Shown: piece after piece, positions 1-9,529 of the stretch | Layout of the letters: each line of letters starts with the position of its first letter | Numbering within the stretch: the first letter of the stretch is position 1 | Source: Escherichia phage KIT06 | DNA length: 64,000 nucleotides | Strand: one strand, 5' to 3' | Sequence record: OQ349392.1 | The notes under the pieces: model-generated | The model's input: the letters and a program-made list of their open reading frames with translations, nothing else | What the model was told of the DNA's origin: nothing | The model's database searches: none | Program-made: the position numbers and the translations under genes

Positions 1-25
1 AATCTGTTGATGAAGCAAAAGATGA

Positions 26-487
<462 letters not shown>

Positions 488-500
488 TTTCACAAAGTTG

Positions 501-529
501 TTTACACGCTGATGAGGTAGTGATACTAT
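501..529 (+). promoter_or_regulatory. T4-type early promoter (-35 TTTACA, 17-bp spacer, -10 TACTAT, TG-extended)
   Basis: GTTGTTTACA...TGATACTAT with A/T-rich TTTCACAAAG upstream element; precedes ipI. Confidence 0.7.
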
Positions 530-559
530 TATCTCATCAAAATTAATTAGGAAAATAAA

Positions 560-847
560 ATGAAAACTTTCAAAGAATTTACTTCTACAACTATCCCGGT
601 TTCTACTATTACTGAAGCTACTCTTACTTCTGAAGTTATTAAAGCAAATAAAGGACGAGAAGGTAAACCAATGATTAGTTTGGTTGATGGCGAAGAAATC
701 AAAGGTACTGTTTACCTAGGTGATGGGTGGTCTGCTAAAAAGGATGGTGCTACAATCATTATCTCTCCTGCTGAAGAAACTGCGTTGTTTAAAGCTAAAC
801 ACATTTCTGCGGCACATCTCAAGATTATTGCTAAAAATCTTTTGTAA
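560..847 (+). CDS. ipI: internal protein I (capsid-targeted; anti-type-IV-restriction IPI in T4)
   Basis: 95 aa; N-terminal MKTFKEF capsid-targeting-like sequence with I-T-E site at residue 19; C-terminus ...HISAAHLKIIAKNLL as recalled for T4 IPI. Confidence 0.6.
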   Translation: MKTFKEFTSTTIPVSTITEATLTSEVIKANKGREGKPMISLVDGEEIKGTVYLGDGWSAKKDGATIIISPAEETALFKAKHISAAHLKIIAKNLL

Positions 848-866
848 TAAATATTTCACAAAGTTG

Positions 867-895
867 TTTACATAGGGTTTTAGTTGTGATACTAT
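867..895 (+). promoter_or_regulatory. T4-type early promoter
   Basis: TTTACA-N17-TACTAT with upstream TTTCACAAAG element. Confidence 0.7.
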
Positions 896-923
896 TACCC
901 TATCAACTACTGAGGAGAATAAA

Positions 924-1196
924 ATGAAAACATTTAAAGAATTTATCAATGAAGCTACTTTTAACGAAAAAGTAAAAATTAGCAAAGCTGTCAAGACTAT
1001 GATTGATAACATCAATTACCTATATGGTATTGATTTAACTGACTATGTAACAGTTGGTAACAAACGTAACTATTTCGTGTTTGACATCTCTGAACTTGAC
1101 CAGAATCAAATTAACAACATTGAGCGTTTTGCTAATGATAAGGGTCTTCGTCATGAGTCAGCGGGTTATAAAAAATACGCAATTTATTTAAAATGA
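924..1196 (+). CDS. capsid-targeted internal-protein-like protein (CTS MKTFKEFINE)
   Basis: 90 aa; N-terminal 10 residues match the T4 internal-protein capsid-targeting sequence with I-x-E site; own early promoter and GAGGAGAATAAAATG leader. Confidence 0.55.
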   Translation: MKTFKEFINEATFNEKVKISKAVKTMIDNINYLYGIDLTDYVTVGNKRNYFVFDISELDQNQINNIERFANDKGLRHESAGYKKYAIYLK

Positions 1197-1197
1197 G

Positions 1198-1226
1198 TTT
1201 ACTTTTAAATAGGGTTGTGGTACTAT
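1198..1226 (+). promoter_or_regulatory. T4-type early promoter
   Basis: TTTACT-N17-TACTAT, TG-extended. Confidence 0.65.
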
Positions 1227-1256
1227 TACCTTATCAAAATTAATTAGGAAAATAAA

Positions 1257-1565
1257 ATGAAAACTTACCAAGAATTTATCAATGAAGCGGCTGCACCAAA
1301 GACATTCATTATTTATACTCAAGCGGGTCTTGATGATGAGTATGCGGAAGCAATTCTGAGGTCACTTGCTAAGAACGGCGTTGAAGTAATCGCCTCGGAC
1401 TTTAAGAAAGGGGCTTCCGAGCTGTTTATTTCTATAACTAAAGGATCTAAAGCTAAAATCAAATCATCATTCGGAGTTGCTCGTACCGATCAAATCGACA
1501 ATCATGACTTTAAACAAACTGGTGCTAAACGGCAGAACACAATTGCATCACGCGGAATAAAATAG
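1257..1565 (+). CDS. capsid-targeted internal-protein-like protein (CTS MKTYQEFINE)
   Basis: 102 aa; CTS-type N-terminus; preceded by AGGAAAATAAAATG leader identical to the one before ipI. Confidence 0.55.
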   Translation: MKTYQEFINEAAAPKTFIIYTQAGLDDEYAEAILRSLAKNGVEVIASDFKKGASELFISITKGSKAKIKSSFGVARTDQIDNHDFKQTGAKRQNTIASRGIK

Positions 1566-1576
1566 TTTATAAACCG

Positions 1577-1605
1577 TTTACTTTTAGATAGGGTAGTGAT
1601 ATTAT
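1577..1605 (+). promoter_or_regulatory. T4-type early promoter
   Basis: TTTACT-N17-TATTAT. Confidence 0.65.
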
Positions 1606-1633
1606 TACCCTATCAACTACTGAGGAGAATAAA

Positions 1634-1857
1634 ATGAAAACTTATCAAAAATTTATCGCTGAAGCTAAAAGACATGAAGATGAACTACCAATTGTTACGA
1701 AAACTTTTGATGGTACATTAAGTGATTTTAAAAAATTCCTAGCGATAAACTTTCTAAGTTAACTGGCTCTATTAGTGAAAAGGATGGTAAAGTCACGTTT
1801 TCTGCTCGTGGCACTGCTAATCTTAAAAAGCTTTTGAAAGCTGCTGGAGCGGAATAA
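1634..1857 (+). pseudogene. frameshifted CTS-type internal-protein gene
   Basis: ATG 1634 opens MKTYQKFIAEA... which stops at 1760-1762; the -1 frame continues from the A-run at 1730-1735 to a stop at 1855-1857 (…KLSKLTGSISEKDGKVTFSARGTANLKKLLKAAGAE). Confidence 0.5.
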
Positions 1858-1861
1858 GTTG

Positions 1862-1890
1862 TTTACTTCTGGGTAGTAGTGTGATACTAT
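1862..1890 (+). promoter_or_regulatory. T4-type early promoter
   Basis: TTTACT-N17-TACTAT followed by the conserved leader. Confidence 0.7.
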
Positions 1891-1918
1891 TACCCTATCA
1901 ACTACTGAGGAGAATAAA

Positions 1919-2104
1919 ATGAAACGTTGTGAATTAATTCGAAATGTTGCTATTGCAATTTCTGCTTCCGCTTTTAGTTTTTCAATGTTTGTTGGATTTA
2001 TATGCGGATTATTGACTACAGCAGAAAATGTTTTTTCACTTGTAGTAGCATTTTTAATTGGTTTAATCGCTATTGTTATGGATAAAATTTCTAAAGGTGA
2101 ATAA
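1919..2104 (+). CDS. small membrane protein (two predicted TM helices)
   Basis: 61-aa hydrophobic ORF directly after early promoter and GAGGAGAATAAAATG leader. Confidence 0.45.
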   Translation: MKRCELIRNVAIAISASAFSFSMFVGFICGLLTTAENVFSLVVAFLIGLIAIVMDKISKGE

Positions 2105-2509
2105 ATGAATATTAACGAATATTATGTTTATGCTGGGGATTATGCAAATCCTTCTCATTTTGAAGGTAATTTAATACCTGATAGAGTTTTTAATACTCCT
2201 TTTGAAGCGTGGAGTTGGGTTGAAAGTAAAAATGGATTTTCTTATCGTTATGTTGAAGTAACTGATTGGAAAGGAACTAAATATCCTAAAGAGCATTATT
2301 ATGTAGACCCATCTAAAGTAAATTTTCTTTTGTTCGCAGGCGATAATTACTATCCTTGCGGTGGATATGATGATTTGATTGCGTATGCTGAAACAGAAGA
2401 TGAATTACGCCAAATTATTGAAGACAATAAATCAAAACGATTTGGTGATAGTTTTGACTGGTGGCAAATCGTAAATGCCCATACACATACTATTGTTGAT
2501 AAAGGTTAA
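2105..2509 (+). CDS. hypothetical protein
   Basis: 134-aa ORF, ATGA overlap with upstream stop. Confidence 0.5.
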   Translation: MNINEYYVYAGDYANPSHFEGNLIPDRVFNTPFEAWSWVESKNGFSYRYVEVTDWKGTKYPKEHYYVDPSKVNFLLFAGDNYYPCGGYDDLIAYAETEDELRQIIEDNKSKRFGDSFDWWQIVNAHTHTIVDKG

Positions 2510-2511
2510 TA

Positions 2512-2802
2512 ATGATTCTTTATGCGAAAGTATCATCCATTGAAAATGGATATAAATATGATCAAGATGCGGCTAAAGCCTTGATTGATGATTATGGCAT
2601 TTTAACATGTTTTGAAGTTGAAAAGGTTTACATTGACCGTTCATCTTCTCAAGTTAAATTAGTGAAGGAAGACCGTAAATTTAATACAGTAAATTTTGAT
2701 TTCTTTATTGAAACAGAAAAAGGTCCTCTTGAATATGATATTTTCAAGAATCCTTTGGGTCTTGAATGTATTAAATATACTTACATTAATGCAGCGTGGT
2801 GA
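2512..2802 (+). CDS. hypothetical protein
   Basis: 96-aa ORF tightly packed with neighbours. Confidence 0.45.
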   Translation: MILYAKVSSIENGYKYDQDAAKALIDDYGILTCFEVEKVYIDRSSSQVKLVKEDRKFNTVNFDFFIETEKGPLEYDIFKNPLGLECIKYTYINAAW

Positions 2803-3320
2803 AAATGAATATTTGTTTGGGTACTACAATTCCGCAGGGTTACGTAATTGATGTCACTACCTGGGAAAATGATGGTGACAACTATAAAACCAAAACACTG
2901 TTTGGCGTAGAAGAGCATGAAATCTTACAATTCCAATATCTTTTAAAGAAGTTTAAAAGCCGACATTCTAGTACTAAAATTGAGCACTATTGTGGTAATG
3001 CTTCGTTCAGTGAGCAATCGCTTTTTATCTATGAATACTTGGTTGAAGGACTGTTCTCAGACCAACTTTATCCAGAATTCATTAAAAAGGTCTTTGATAT
3101 AGAAGTTGACCTTGGTAATAAATCTGAAGAAGATGAAGAACGTGTATTTGACTTATTCTTTGTGAATGGTAATAAAGTGCTTGAAGGACTTATTAATATT
3201 TTAGGTAATGCTTCTGAGTATTATGATTATGATTTTTTGCGTGTAGTTGAGAGTGTTAAATACTCTTATATAGAAGAAGAAATTGTTTTGCCGACCGTTA
3301 AAATGTTTAATTTGCTTTAA
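2796..3320 (+). CDS. hypothetical acidic protein
   Basis: 174-aa ORF overlapping upstream stop. Confidence 0.45.
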   Translation: MVKMNICLGTTIPQGYVIDVTTWENDGDNYKTKTLFGVEEHEILQFQYLLKKFKSRHSSTKIEHYCGNASFSEQSLFIYEYLVEGLFSDQLYPEFIKKVFDIEVDLGNKSEEDEERVFDLFFVNGNKVLEGLINILGNASEYYDYDFLRVVESVKYSYIEEEIVLPTVKMFNLL

Positions 3321-3406
3321 GAATTATTTGTTATTATTAACTCATATCGCATTGATTAATACCCTCTATCATCAAGGGTTCTTTCCTGAGAGCCTTTGTT
3401 AATAAT

Positions 3407-3479
3407 TGGGAATTAGCCAAGTTGGTAAGGCATAGCACTTTGACTGCTAGATGCAAAGGTTCGAGTCCTTTATTCCCAG
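3407..3479 (+). tRNA. tRNA-Gln (anticodon TTG)
   Basis: Cloverleaf folded by hand: acceptor TGGGAAT/ATTCCCA, anticodon stem TAGCA/TGCTA, loop CTTTGAC, T-loop GGTTCGAGTCC. Confidence 0.85.
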
Positions 3480-3480
3480 C

Positions 3481-3567
3481 GCGAGAATGGTCAAATTGGT
3501 AAAGGCACAGCACTTAAAATGCTGCGGAATGATTTCCTTGTGGGTTCGAGTCCCACTTCTCGCACCA
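3481..3567 (+). tRNA. tRNA-Leu (anticodon TAA)
   Basis: Acceptor GCGAGAA/TTCTCGC, loop CTTAAAA, long variable arm, encoded CCA. Confidence 0.85.
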
Positions 3568-3572
3568 AATTT

Positions 3573-3647
<75 letters not shown>

Positions 3648-3657
3648 ATTTAATTTA

Positions 3658-3731
3658 CTCCGTGTAGCTCAGTTTGGTAGAGCGTCTGCTTTGGGAGCAG
3701 AATGTCGCAGGTTCAAATCCTGCCGCGGAGA
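3658..3731 (+). tRNA. tRNA-Pro (anticodon TGG)
   Basis: Acceptor CTCCGTG/CGCGGAG, loop TTTGGGA, T-loop GGTTCAAATCC; no encoded CCA. Confidence 0.8.
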
Positions 3732-3733
3732 CT

Positions 3734-3823
3734 GGAGGCGTGGCAGAGTGGTTTAATGCACCGGTCTTGAAAACCGGCAGTCGCTCCGGCGACTCATAGG
3801 TTCAAATCCTATCGCCTCCGCCA
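3734..3823 (+). tRNA. tRNA-Ser (anticodon TGA)
   Basis: Acceptor GGAGGCG/CGCCTCC, loop CTTGAAA, long variable arm, encoded CCA. Confidence 0.85.
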
Positions 3824-3828
3824 GTTTT

Positions 3829-3904
3829 GCTGATTTAGCTCAGTAGGTAGAGCAACTCACTTGTAATGAGAAGGTCGGCGGTTCGATTCCGTCAATCAGC
3901 ACCA
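3829..3904 (+). tRNA. tRNA-Thr (anticodon TGT)
   Basis: Acceptor GCTGATT/AATCAGC, loop CTTGTAA, encoded CCA. Confidence 0.85.
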
Positions 3905-3905
3905 A

Positions 3906-3980
3906 GGCCCTGTAGCTGGAAGGTTCAAGCAAGCGACTCATAATCGCCAGATGGTGGTTCAATTCCACCCAGGGCCACCA
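3906..3980 (+). tRNA. tRNA with CAT anticodon (Ile via lysidine as in T4, or Met)
   Basis: Acceptor GGCCCTG/CAGGGCC, loop CTCATAA, encoded CCA; occupies the tRNA-Ile position of the T4 array. Confidence 0.75.
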
Positions 3981-3989
3981 AATTAATTT

Positions 3990-4076
3990 GGGGAGTTATC
4001 CCGTAGAGGTAGCGGTGTGGACTGTAAATCCATTGTCATTGCGACTCGGGTGGTTCGACTCCATCACTCCCCACCA
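3990..4076 (+). tRNA. tRNA-Tyr (anticodon GTA)
   Basis: Acceptor GGGGAGT/ACTCCCC, loop CTGTAAA, long variable arm, encoded CCA. Confidence 0.75.
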
Positions 4077-4080
4077 ATTT

Positions 4081-4155
4081 GGATGTGTAGCTCAATGGCA
4101 GAGCGATCGCCTGTTAAGCGATTGGTTATAGGTTCGAATCCTATCACGTCCGCCA
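4081..4155 (+). tRNA. tRNA-Asn (anticodon GTT)
   Basis: Acceptor GGATGTG/CACGTCC (one G-U), anticodon stem ATCGC/GCGAT, loop CTGTTAA, encoded CCA. Confidence 0.75.
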
Positions 4156-4159
4156 AATC

Positions 4160-4235
4160 CGAGGCATAGCTCAGAAGGAAGAGCAAGGACCTTCTAAGTC
4201 CTAGGTCGTAGGTTCGATCCCTATTGCCTCGACCA
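4160..4235 (+). tRNA. tRNA-Arg (anticodon TCT)
   Basis: Acceptor CGAGGCA/TGCCTCG, loop CTTCTAA, T-loop TTCGATC, encoded CCA. Confidence 0.8.
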
Positions 4236-4251
4236 ATTAAGTGAGGAAAAT

Positions 4252-4602
4252 ATGAAAGGTAATGTTTATTTAGTAGTTCATGGTTTAACATTCTATTTTA
4301 ATCACAATGACACTGTTATTTCTGAACGTGTAATTAATTTACTTTATCAGCATGCAGATTATGTTTATGTCGAAAACGAATACGGTCATTGGCAATTTCT
4401 CAAAAATCGTTCATTTGGTTTAGATGGTTACGAATACTTTGAACGTAAAGACCTTTTAGATAAAATTCCATTATCTACACAATATCAAAATCACAAGTCT
4501 TTATATAAATGCCGTCCAATTCGAAATGCTGAATCTGCGTATGAAGTAATTGATTTATGGCGTAAACGTCGTGGACAGGTTGATGCTTTAAAAGAATATT
4601 AA
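4252..4602 (+). CDS. hypothetical protein
   Basis: 116-aa ORF with GAGGAAAATATG ribosome-binding site directly after tRNA-Arg. Confidence 0.5.
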   Translation: MKGNVYLVVHGLTFYFNHNDTVISERVINLLYQHADYVYVENEYGHWQFLKNRSFGLDGYEYFERKDLLDKIPLSTQYQNHKSLYKCRPIRNAESAYEVIDLWRKRRGQVDALKEY

Positions 4603-4604
4603 GA

Positions 4605-4915
4605 AACCGGGTCGCTACCGGTAAGTCGTCGGACTGATGTTCCCTGGGTAAGGACTGGCATTAACAAATCTTTACGATCTGTTAATGTCCCCTTACATCA
4701 CAGCAGAAACGGCGCACCGAATTATCGATTCGAGGAAATATCTTTGCCGTAAGCCGAGTAGCGTTTTTGACGGAACGTTCGGATATGGTCGAGATATGGC
4801 CTTTTAAAAATATTGAGTAGCGTCAACTACTCAATAACCGGGTTCGAATCCCGGCGTTTCGTACAAACACTTGCCTTAGCAGGTGGAACCCCGACAAGGT
4901 TGCCGCAAGGCTTAG
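4605..4915 (+). ncRNA. structured non-coding region, probably stable RNA species (T4 rnaC/rnaD-like)
   Basis: ~310 bp without ORF, tRNA-like T-arm CCGGGTTCGAATCCCGG at ~4838-4854, ends at a strong terminator; T4 has two stable RNAs beside its tRNA cluster. Confidence 0.4.
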
Positions 4916-4941
4916 CCCCGACCGAAAGGTCGGGGCTTTTT
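4916..4941 (+). terminator. rho-independent terminator (GAAA tetraloop hairpin plus T-run)
   Basis: CCCCGACC-GAAA-GGTCGGGG followed by CTTTTT. Confidence 0.75.
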
Positions 4942-5075
4942 GGCATCTAGGCCTTTCTGGACCTCTCTAGGCATCATTTAGTTTCTACCCTTTATAATAT
5001 ATTATCCTACATTTTAATTGCCCCTCCCTGCCCTAGAATTCCCTAAAACTTTTTAAAAAATTTTTCACAAAACTG

Positions 5076-5104
5076 TTTACATCCCCGTTCTTCCATGGTA
5101 CTAT
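5076..5104 (+). promoter_or_regulatory. T4-type early promoter
   Basis: TTTACA-N17-TACTAT with TTTTTCACAAAA upstream element. Confidence 0.7.
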
Positions 5105-5148
5105 ACAACTATCAACTACTGATACAGAAAAACAACTTGGAGAATGAA

Positions 5149-5412
5149 ATGGATAATTACGGCGAACTGTTCAACTTCTTTATGAAATGCGTTTCAGAAG
5201 ATTTCGGTCGTACAGTGAATGATATTAAAGTCATCGGTCCTGACCATCCGATGTTTGAAACTTACGCAGTAATGGGTAATGAAGACGGTCAGTGGTATAC
5301 TGTAAAAGTTGTGATTAATATGTTCACTGCTGAAGGTTATGTTAAACTGTCTTCTAAAGTTTACCACGATAACGATGAAATCGCAGAAGAATATTTCAAT
5401 AATATGAAATAA
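5149..5412 (+). CDS. hypothetical protein
   Basis: In-frame ATG 5149 after GGAG; the annotated 5095 start lies inside the promoter. Confidence 0.5.
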   Translation: MDNYGELFNFFMKCVSEDFGRTVNDIKVIGPDHPMFETYAVMGNEDGQWYTVKVVINMFTAEGYVKLSSKVYHDNDEIAEEYFNNMK

Positions 5413-5480
5413 GTGTGTACAAACACCAAGGACGGTGTTATTATAGATTTATCAAAACAATCACAGAAGCGGAGAAATAA

Positions 5481-5657
5481 ATGACTATTTTAACTATTTG
5501 GTTTGACGAAAATGAAGAAACATACTGTGTGAACATTGATGAAAGTCCAATGCCTGACTTTGAATCTTCAGATAAAAACTCGGTTGTATCTTGGGCTGAA
5601 GGTTATAAAGCAGCAAAAGGCGATGTTGAAATAGTTTACAAACTATCCGGAGTATAA
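5481..5657 (+). CDS. hypothetical small protein (58 aa)
   Basis: ORF not in the supplied track; GGAGAAATAAATG ribosome-binding site. Confidence 0.4.
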   Translation: MTILTIWFDENEETYCVNIDESPMPDFESSDKNSVVSWAEGYKAAKGDVEIVYKLSGV

Positions 5658-5700
5658 TACTCTCATGGATTTTAAATCTTAATTAACCTAAGGAAATACT

Positions 5701-6294
5701 ATGAACACACTGAAGAAAATTGTTGATTTTATTCGCACTAAACTTGGTTCTGCAATGGCTAAAAATCTATCTGTTGAAGAACAGTATACTGCTGCAGCAG
5801 CAAAACTGCTTGATAAAATTAAAGACCTAAAAACTGCTTCTGTTAAATCTATTAATGAAGAAAAACGTATTCGTGAACTTATTGTTGAAAAGAATAAACA
5901 GGCTGAATCAAAAGAGCGTGAAATTCGCAAGCTTCTTTCCGAAGGTCAAGATGTAACAATGCATGCTAAACTCGGTTTACTATATCGCCGAACAGCTGAG
6001 CAGTTGACTACTAAAGCTGACGGTTATGCTGAAATGCGAATTGAAATCGCCAAGAAAGTAGTTGAGTTAGATGATGCTCGCCAAGAACTTGCGGTTAAAT
6101 TGGAATATATCCGTGAAACTCGTGCGGCAAATGCCCTTGGAATTAGTACTGCCGATGATGTAGTTGAAATTGCAGCACTGACTAAGGTTGATATTGAAGA
6201 TACCCTTGCTCGAGTTGAAACCTTTAATGGTAATATTTCCGGGGTTGAAACTACCTCTGCCGATGTTCAGGAATACATTAATTCTCTGAAATAA
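5701..6294 (+). CDS. hypothetical coiled-coil protein
   Basis: 197 aa, heptad-rich, AAGGA ribosome-binding site. Confidence 0.5.
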   Translation: MNTLKKIVDFIRTKLGSAMAKNLSVEEQYTAAAAKLLDKIKDLKTASVKSINEEKRIRELIVEKNKQAESKEREIRKLLSEGQDVTMHAKLGLLYRRTAEQLTTKADGYAEMRIEIAKKVVELDDARQELAVKLEYIRETRAANALGISTADDVVEIAALTKVDIEDTLARVETFNGNISGVETTSADVQEYINSLK

Positions 6295-6298
6295 TGAT

Positions 6299-6320
6299 AA
6301 GGGGCTTCGGCCCCTATTAC
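6299..6320 (+). terminator. UUCG-tetraloop hairpin (terminator or RNA-stabilising element)
   Basis: GGGGC-TTCG-GCCCC immediately after the stop; weak T-run. Confidence 0.5.
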
Positions 6321-6335
6321 TTGGAGTAAATAGGA

Positions 6336-6944
6336 ATGAAAATGCAAAGTGATTTCAATTCAATGTTTGAAGAGTTCCAAAGACAGGTTGATGTTCCAGA
6401 TCAATTACTAAATGCTCTTAAACGTATGGCAGAAGGACGTAATTACTATTGGGGGTCTTCATATGAAACTGATGAAAGCCTTTCTGGAAGATTTTATAAA
6501 GGTAAAAAGTCTTTAATACGTCCTGGAATACTCATTAAAAGTATTGAATCAATTCATTCATTGACGTGTGATTTTGATGTTGAATTTACTGATTTCATTT
6601 CTCCTGAATGGACAGTTTGTTATTTAAATGACGATTATGATTATCTTGGCGTTTACAGTTTAAGTGACGCATGGTTTAAACGTAATTTACAAAAGTCAAA
6701 TTTATTTTATATTGATACTACGGTAAAATTTCAGGGAAAGAAATATTTCTTTACTCTTATAGTTGATTCTGAAACAAAACATGAAAATAAACGTATTCTT
6801 AGTAAAAAGAATATCTTGACTATTGTTGATGATCTTTTTGATAAATTCGTAGAAAATCCTAATTTTGAAAGCGATTTATTATTAGAAAAATTTGTTAAGG
6901 AATGTAGAGAATATGTCAAAGCCATCACTATACCTTCCAAGTAA
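6336..6944 (+). CDS. hypothetical protein
   Basis: 202-aa ORF. Confidence 0.5.
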   Translation: MKMQSDFNSMFEEFQRQVDVPDQLLNALKRMAEGRNYYWGSSYETDESLSGRFYKGKKSLIRPGILIKSIESIHSLTCDFDVEFTDFISPEWTVCYLNDDYDYLGVYSLSDAWFKRNLQKSNLFYIDTTVKFQGKKYFFTLIVDSETKHENKRILSKKNILTIVDDLFDKFVENPNFESDLLLEKFVKECREYVKAITIPSK

Positions 6945-7305
6945 ACCTGTGAAGTATGAACTAAAGCGTCAGCTAATTCCTACTGACGTATTAATAGGTC
7001 CTGTGACAGCTATATCATTTGTAATTCTATTGATTGTTGGAATGGTTATAGACTTTATGACTGATATTGAATCTGGCGTAATATTTTTGTTAGTATTAAT
7101 TCTTCCATTAGTAGTTCCATTTTTATTGGTACCTGTAAATTGGGTAGGATATTGGTATCAAGGAAGGCATTATCGTAAACGTGTACGTGAATGGAAAGCT
7201 CAGTGTAAAAAGATTAAAAAGGAACACCAGCTTAAACTAAATATGTATGAATTTAATGAAATTATGAAATTTGTTAAGGAATCACGATGCAAAAGCCAAA
7301 ACTAA
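6913..7305 (+). CDS. membrane protein (two TM helices, basic C-terminus)
   Basis: ORF 6892-7305; ATG 6913 preferred as start, uncertain. Confidence 0.4.
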   Translation: MSKPSLYLPSKPVKYELKRQLIPTDVLIGPVTAISFVILLIVGMVIDFMTDIESGVIFLLVLILPLVVPFLLVPVNWVGYWYQGRHYRKRVREWKAQCKKIKKEHQLKLNMYEFNEIMKFVKESRCKSQN

Positions 7306-7661
7306 ATAAAGTCAAATATTCTTTTTCTGAGTCATTTTTAATTTTTGCTGTGGCGTTGGCTGCAGCTCTTGCTGGTAGTCTTATTGGATTAATGATTGAC
7401 TGTATTATTTTAAACATCCGCAGTAACGTCAGCGGTATAGTAGATATAATAGAAGTTTGGAGTGAACTTCATTATACTATAGCGATTTCATTATTTTCAT
7501 TCTTTGGTATTATTTTATATTTTCATTATGATAATTTTAAAATAAATTGGCAAAGAAAAAAGGATTACAAAATACAATTAAAAGAATATAATAACTACAT
7601 GTCTTATATTGAAAATGAATCAATGAAAGAATTCGTGAATGATTGTAGGAAAATCAAATGA
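7287..7661 (+). CDS. membrane protein
   Basis: 124 aa, AAGGA ribosome-binding site, two hydrophobic segments. Confidence 0.45.
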   Translation: MQKPKLNKVKYSFSESFLIFAVALAAALAGSLIGLMIDCIILNIRSNVSGIVDIIEVWSELHYTIAISLFSFFGIILYFHYDNFKINWQRKKDYKIQLKEYNNYMSYIENESMKEFVNDCRKIK

Positions 7662-8146
7662 TTTTAAAAACTCGCTGGTATGATTTAGATGATGGGGACG
7701 ATGGCATTCCAGTTGATAGAGTTGACTGGAATGGCTGTTCCGAAGATATGAAAAATTTGTTAATTAGGGAGTTTAGAATGGGATATCAGCCAGTTAAGCC
7801 ATCTACTGCAACAGATGATAAGTTTGTATGTATTCAAAATGGCCGCGCTAAGTTAACGAACGCTGATTGGTTCACAGATAAAATTATGATTCTGTGGTAT
7901 ATTATTAGTCTTCCTGTGACATCATTCGTATTTTACTTTTTTATAAAAAATCCAATGGACAGAATAGGAGATTGGATTCTTTTAACCATACTTGTTAATA
8001 TTTTTACAGCAGCAATATTATCTGGGATATGGTACACGTTCATTGAAATGCCATGGCGGCTACGCAGACAACAAAAGATTTTTGATGAAAAGAAATATAC
8101 TCAAAATTTAAATAACTTTATCACTGAATGCAGGAAATTAAAATGA
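7658..8146 (+). CDS. membrane protein
   Basis: 162 aa, ATGA overlap, hydrophobic central segments. Confidence 0.45.
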   Translation: MILKTRWYDLDDGDDGIPVDRVDWNGCSEDMKNLLIREFRMGYQPVKPSTATDDKFVCIQNGRAKLTNADWFTDKIMILWYIISLPVTSFVFYFFIKNPMDRIGDWILLTILVNIFTAAILSGIWYTFIEMPWRLRRQQKIFDEKKYTQNLNNFITECRKLK

Positions 8147-8583
8147 AAACATTATCAGCTGGTATTATCTTTATGACAGAAGATAAAGATTTATTCATGG
8201 GACGGGTTACTGGTTCTCGTAAGCCTGGAATGATGGCACATCGCTGGGATATCCCAAAGGGCCGCGTAGAAAATTCTGATTTAAGCGCACTAGATGCAGC
8301 ACGAAGAGAATGTTTAGAAGAGACTGGTTTTAACAATTATAATCCAGACCTTCTAGAAGACCTAGGTGTATTTAAATATTCTAGTAATAAAGACTTACAT
8401 CTGTTTTATTATACGATTCCAGTAGAGCATGAGATGTTTAGAAATTGCCATTGCGAGTCTTATTTTGAAAATAAAGATGGCGTTATGATTCCAGAGATGG
8501 ATGCTTTTGCTCTTATTCCTCGTACTCAGTGGCAATATGTGATGGGTCCTTCACTTTACCGAATAATGAACAACCTCTTTTAA
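8143..8583 (+). CDS. nudE: Nudix hydrolase NudE (T4 e.1)
   Basis: Nudix box ...RRECLEETGF...; ATG 8143 overlaps upstream stop; position immediately upstream of e. Confidence 0.75.
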   Translation: MKTLSAGIIFMTEDKDLFMGRVTGSRKPGMMAHRWDIPKGRVENSDLSALDAARRECLEETGFNNYNPDLLEDLGVFKYSSNKDLHLFYYTIPVEHEMFRNCHCESYFENKDGVMIPEMDAFALIPRTQWQYVMGPSLYRIMNNLF

Positions 8584-9114
<531 letters not shown>

Positions 9115-9119
9115 AGTTG

Positions 9120-9148
9120 TTTACTTTCTCCTAGAACTGTGATAGTAT
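9120..9148 (+). promoter_or_regulatory. T4-type early promoter
   Basis: TTTACT-N17-TAGTAT overlapping the e stop; precedes ipII. Confidence 0.65.
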
Positions 9149-9185
9149 ATTCATAGTTACTAATTAAAATATTTAAAGGAACCAT

Positions 9186-9503
9186 ATGAAAACGTTTAAA
9201 GAATTTATTGCAGAATCTGCCCAAGGACAACGTGTAGAAGGCGGTTATATCTGGATTGAACAAGTTGAGCCGCCAAGTCGCACTTCTACAGGTAAATGGA
9301 AAATTACTGTTGATGGTCCTGGTGGTAAACGTAGGACTCTTAAAGAAATTAATGGGTACTATGAAGAAGCTCTTTCGGATGCAGGAACTTACATGATGCA
9401 AATCATGATTAAAAACCCTGAAAACCGTTTTGCAGCTAGAGTTTTCCGACGCATCGGTAATAAACTTTATGACGCATACTCTAAAAACTTCCCTAAAGAA
9501 TAA
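9186..9503 (+). CDS. ipII: internal protein II
   Basis: 105 aa with CTS MKTFKEFIAE. Confidence 0.8.
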   Translation: MKTFKEFIAESAQGQRVEGGYIWIEQVEPPSRTSTGKWKITVDGPGGKRRTLKEINGYYEEALSDAGTYMMQIMIKNPENRFAARVFRRIGNKLYDAYSKNFPKE

Positions 9504-9529
9504 CATGAATTAAAACAATAGGAACAAAA

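Noticed and set aside
4064-4291. Minus-strand 75-aa ORF overlapping the tRNA array
   Set aside because: It lies entirely within tRNA-Tyr, tRNA-Asn and tRNA-Arg on the opposite strand, with no ribosome-binding site; an artefact of the GC-rich tRNA sequence.
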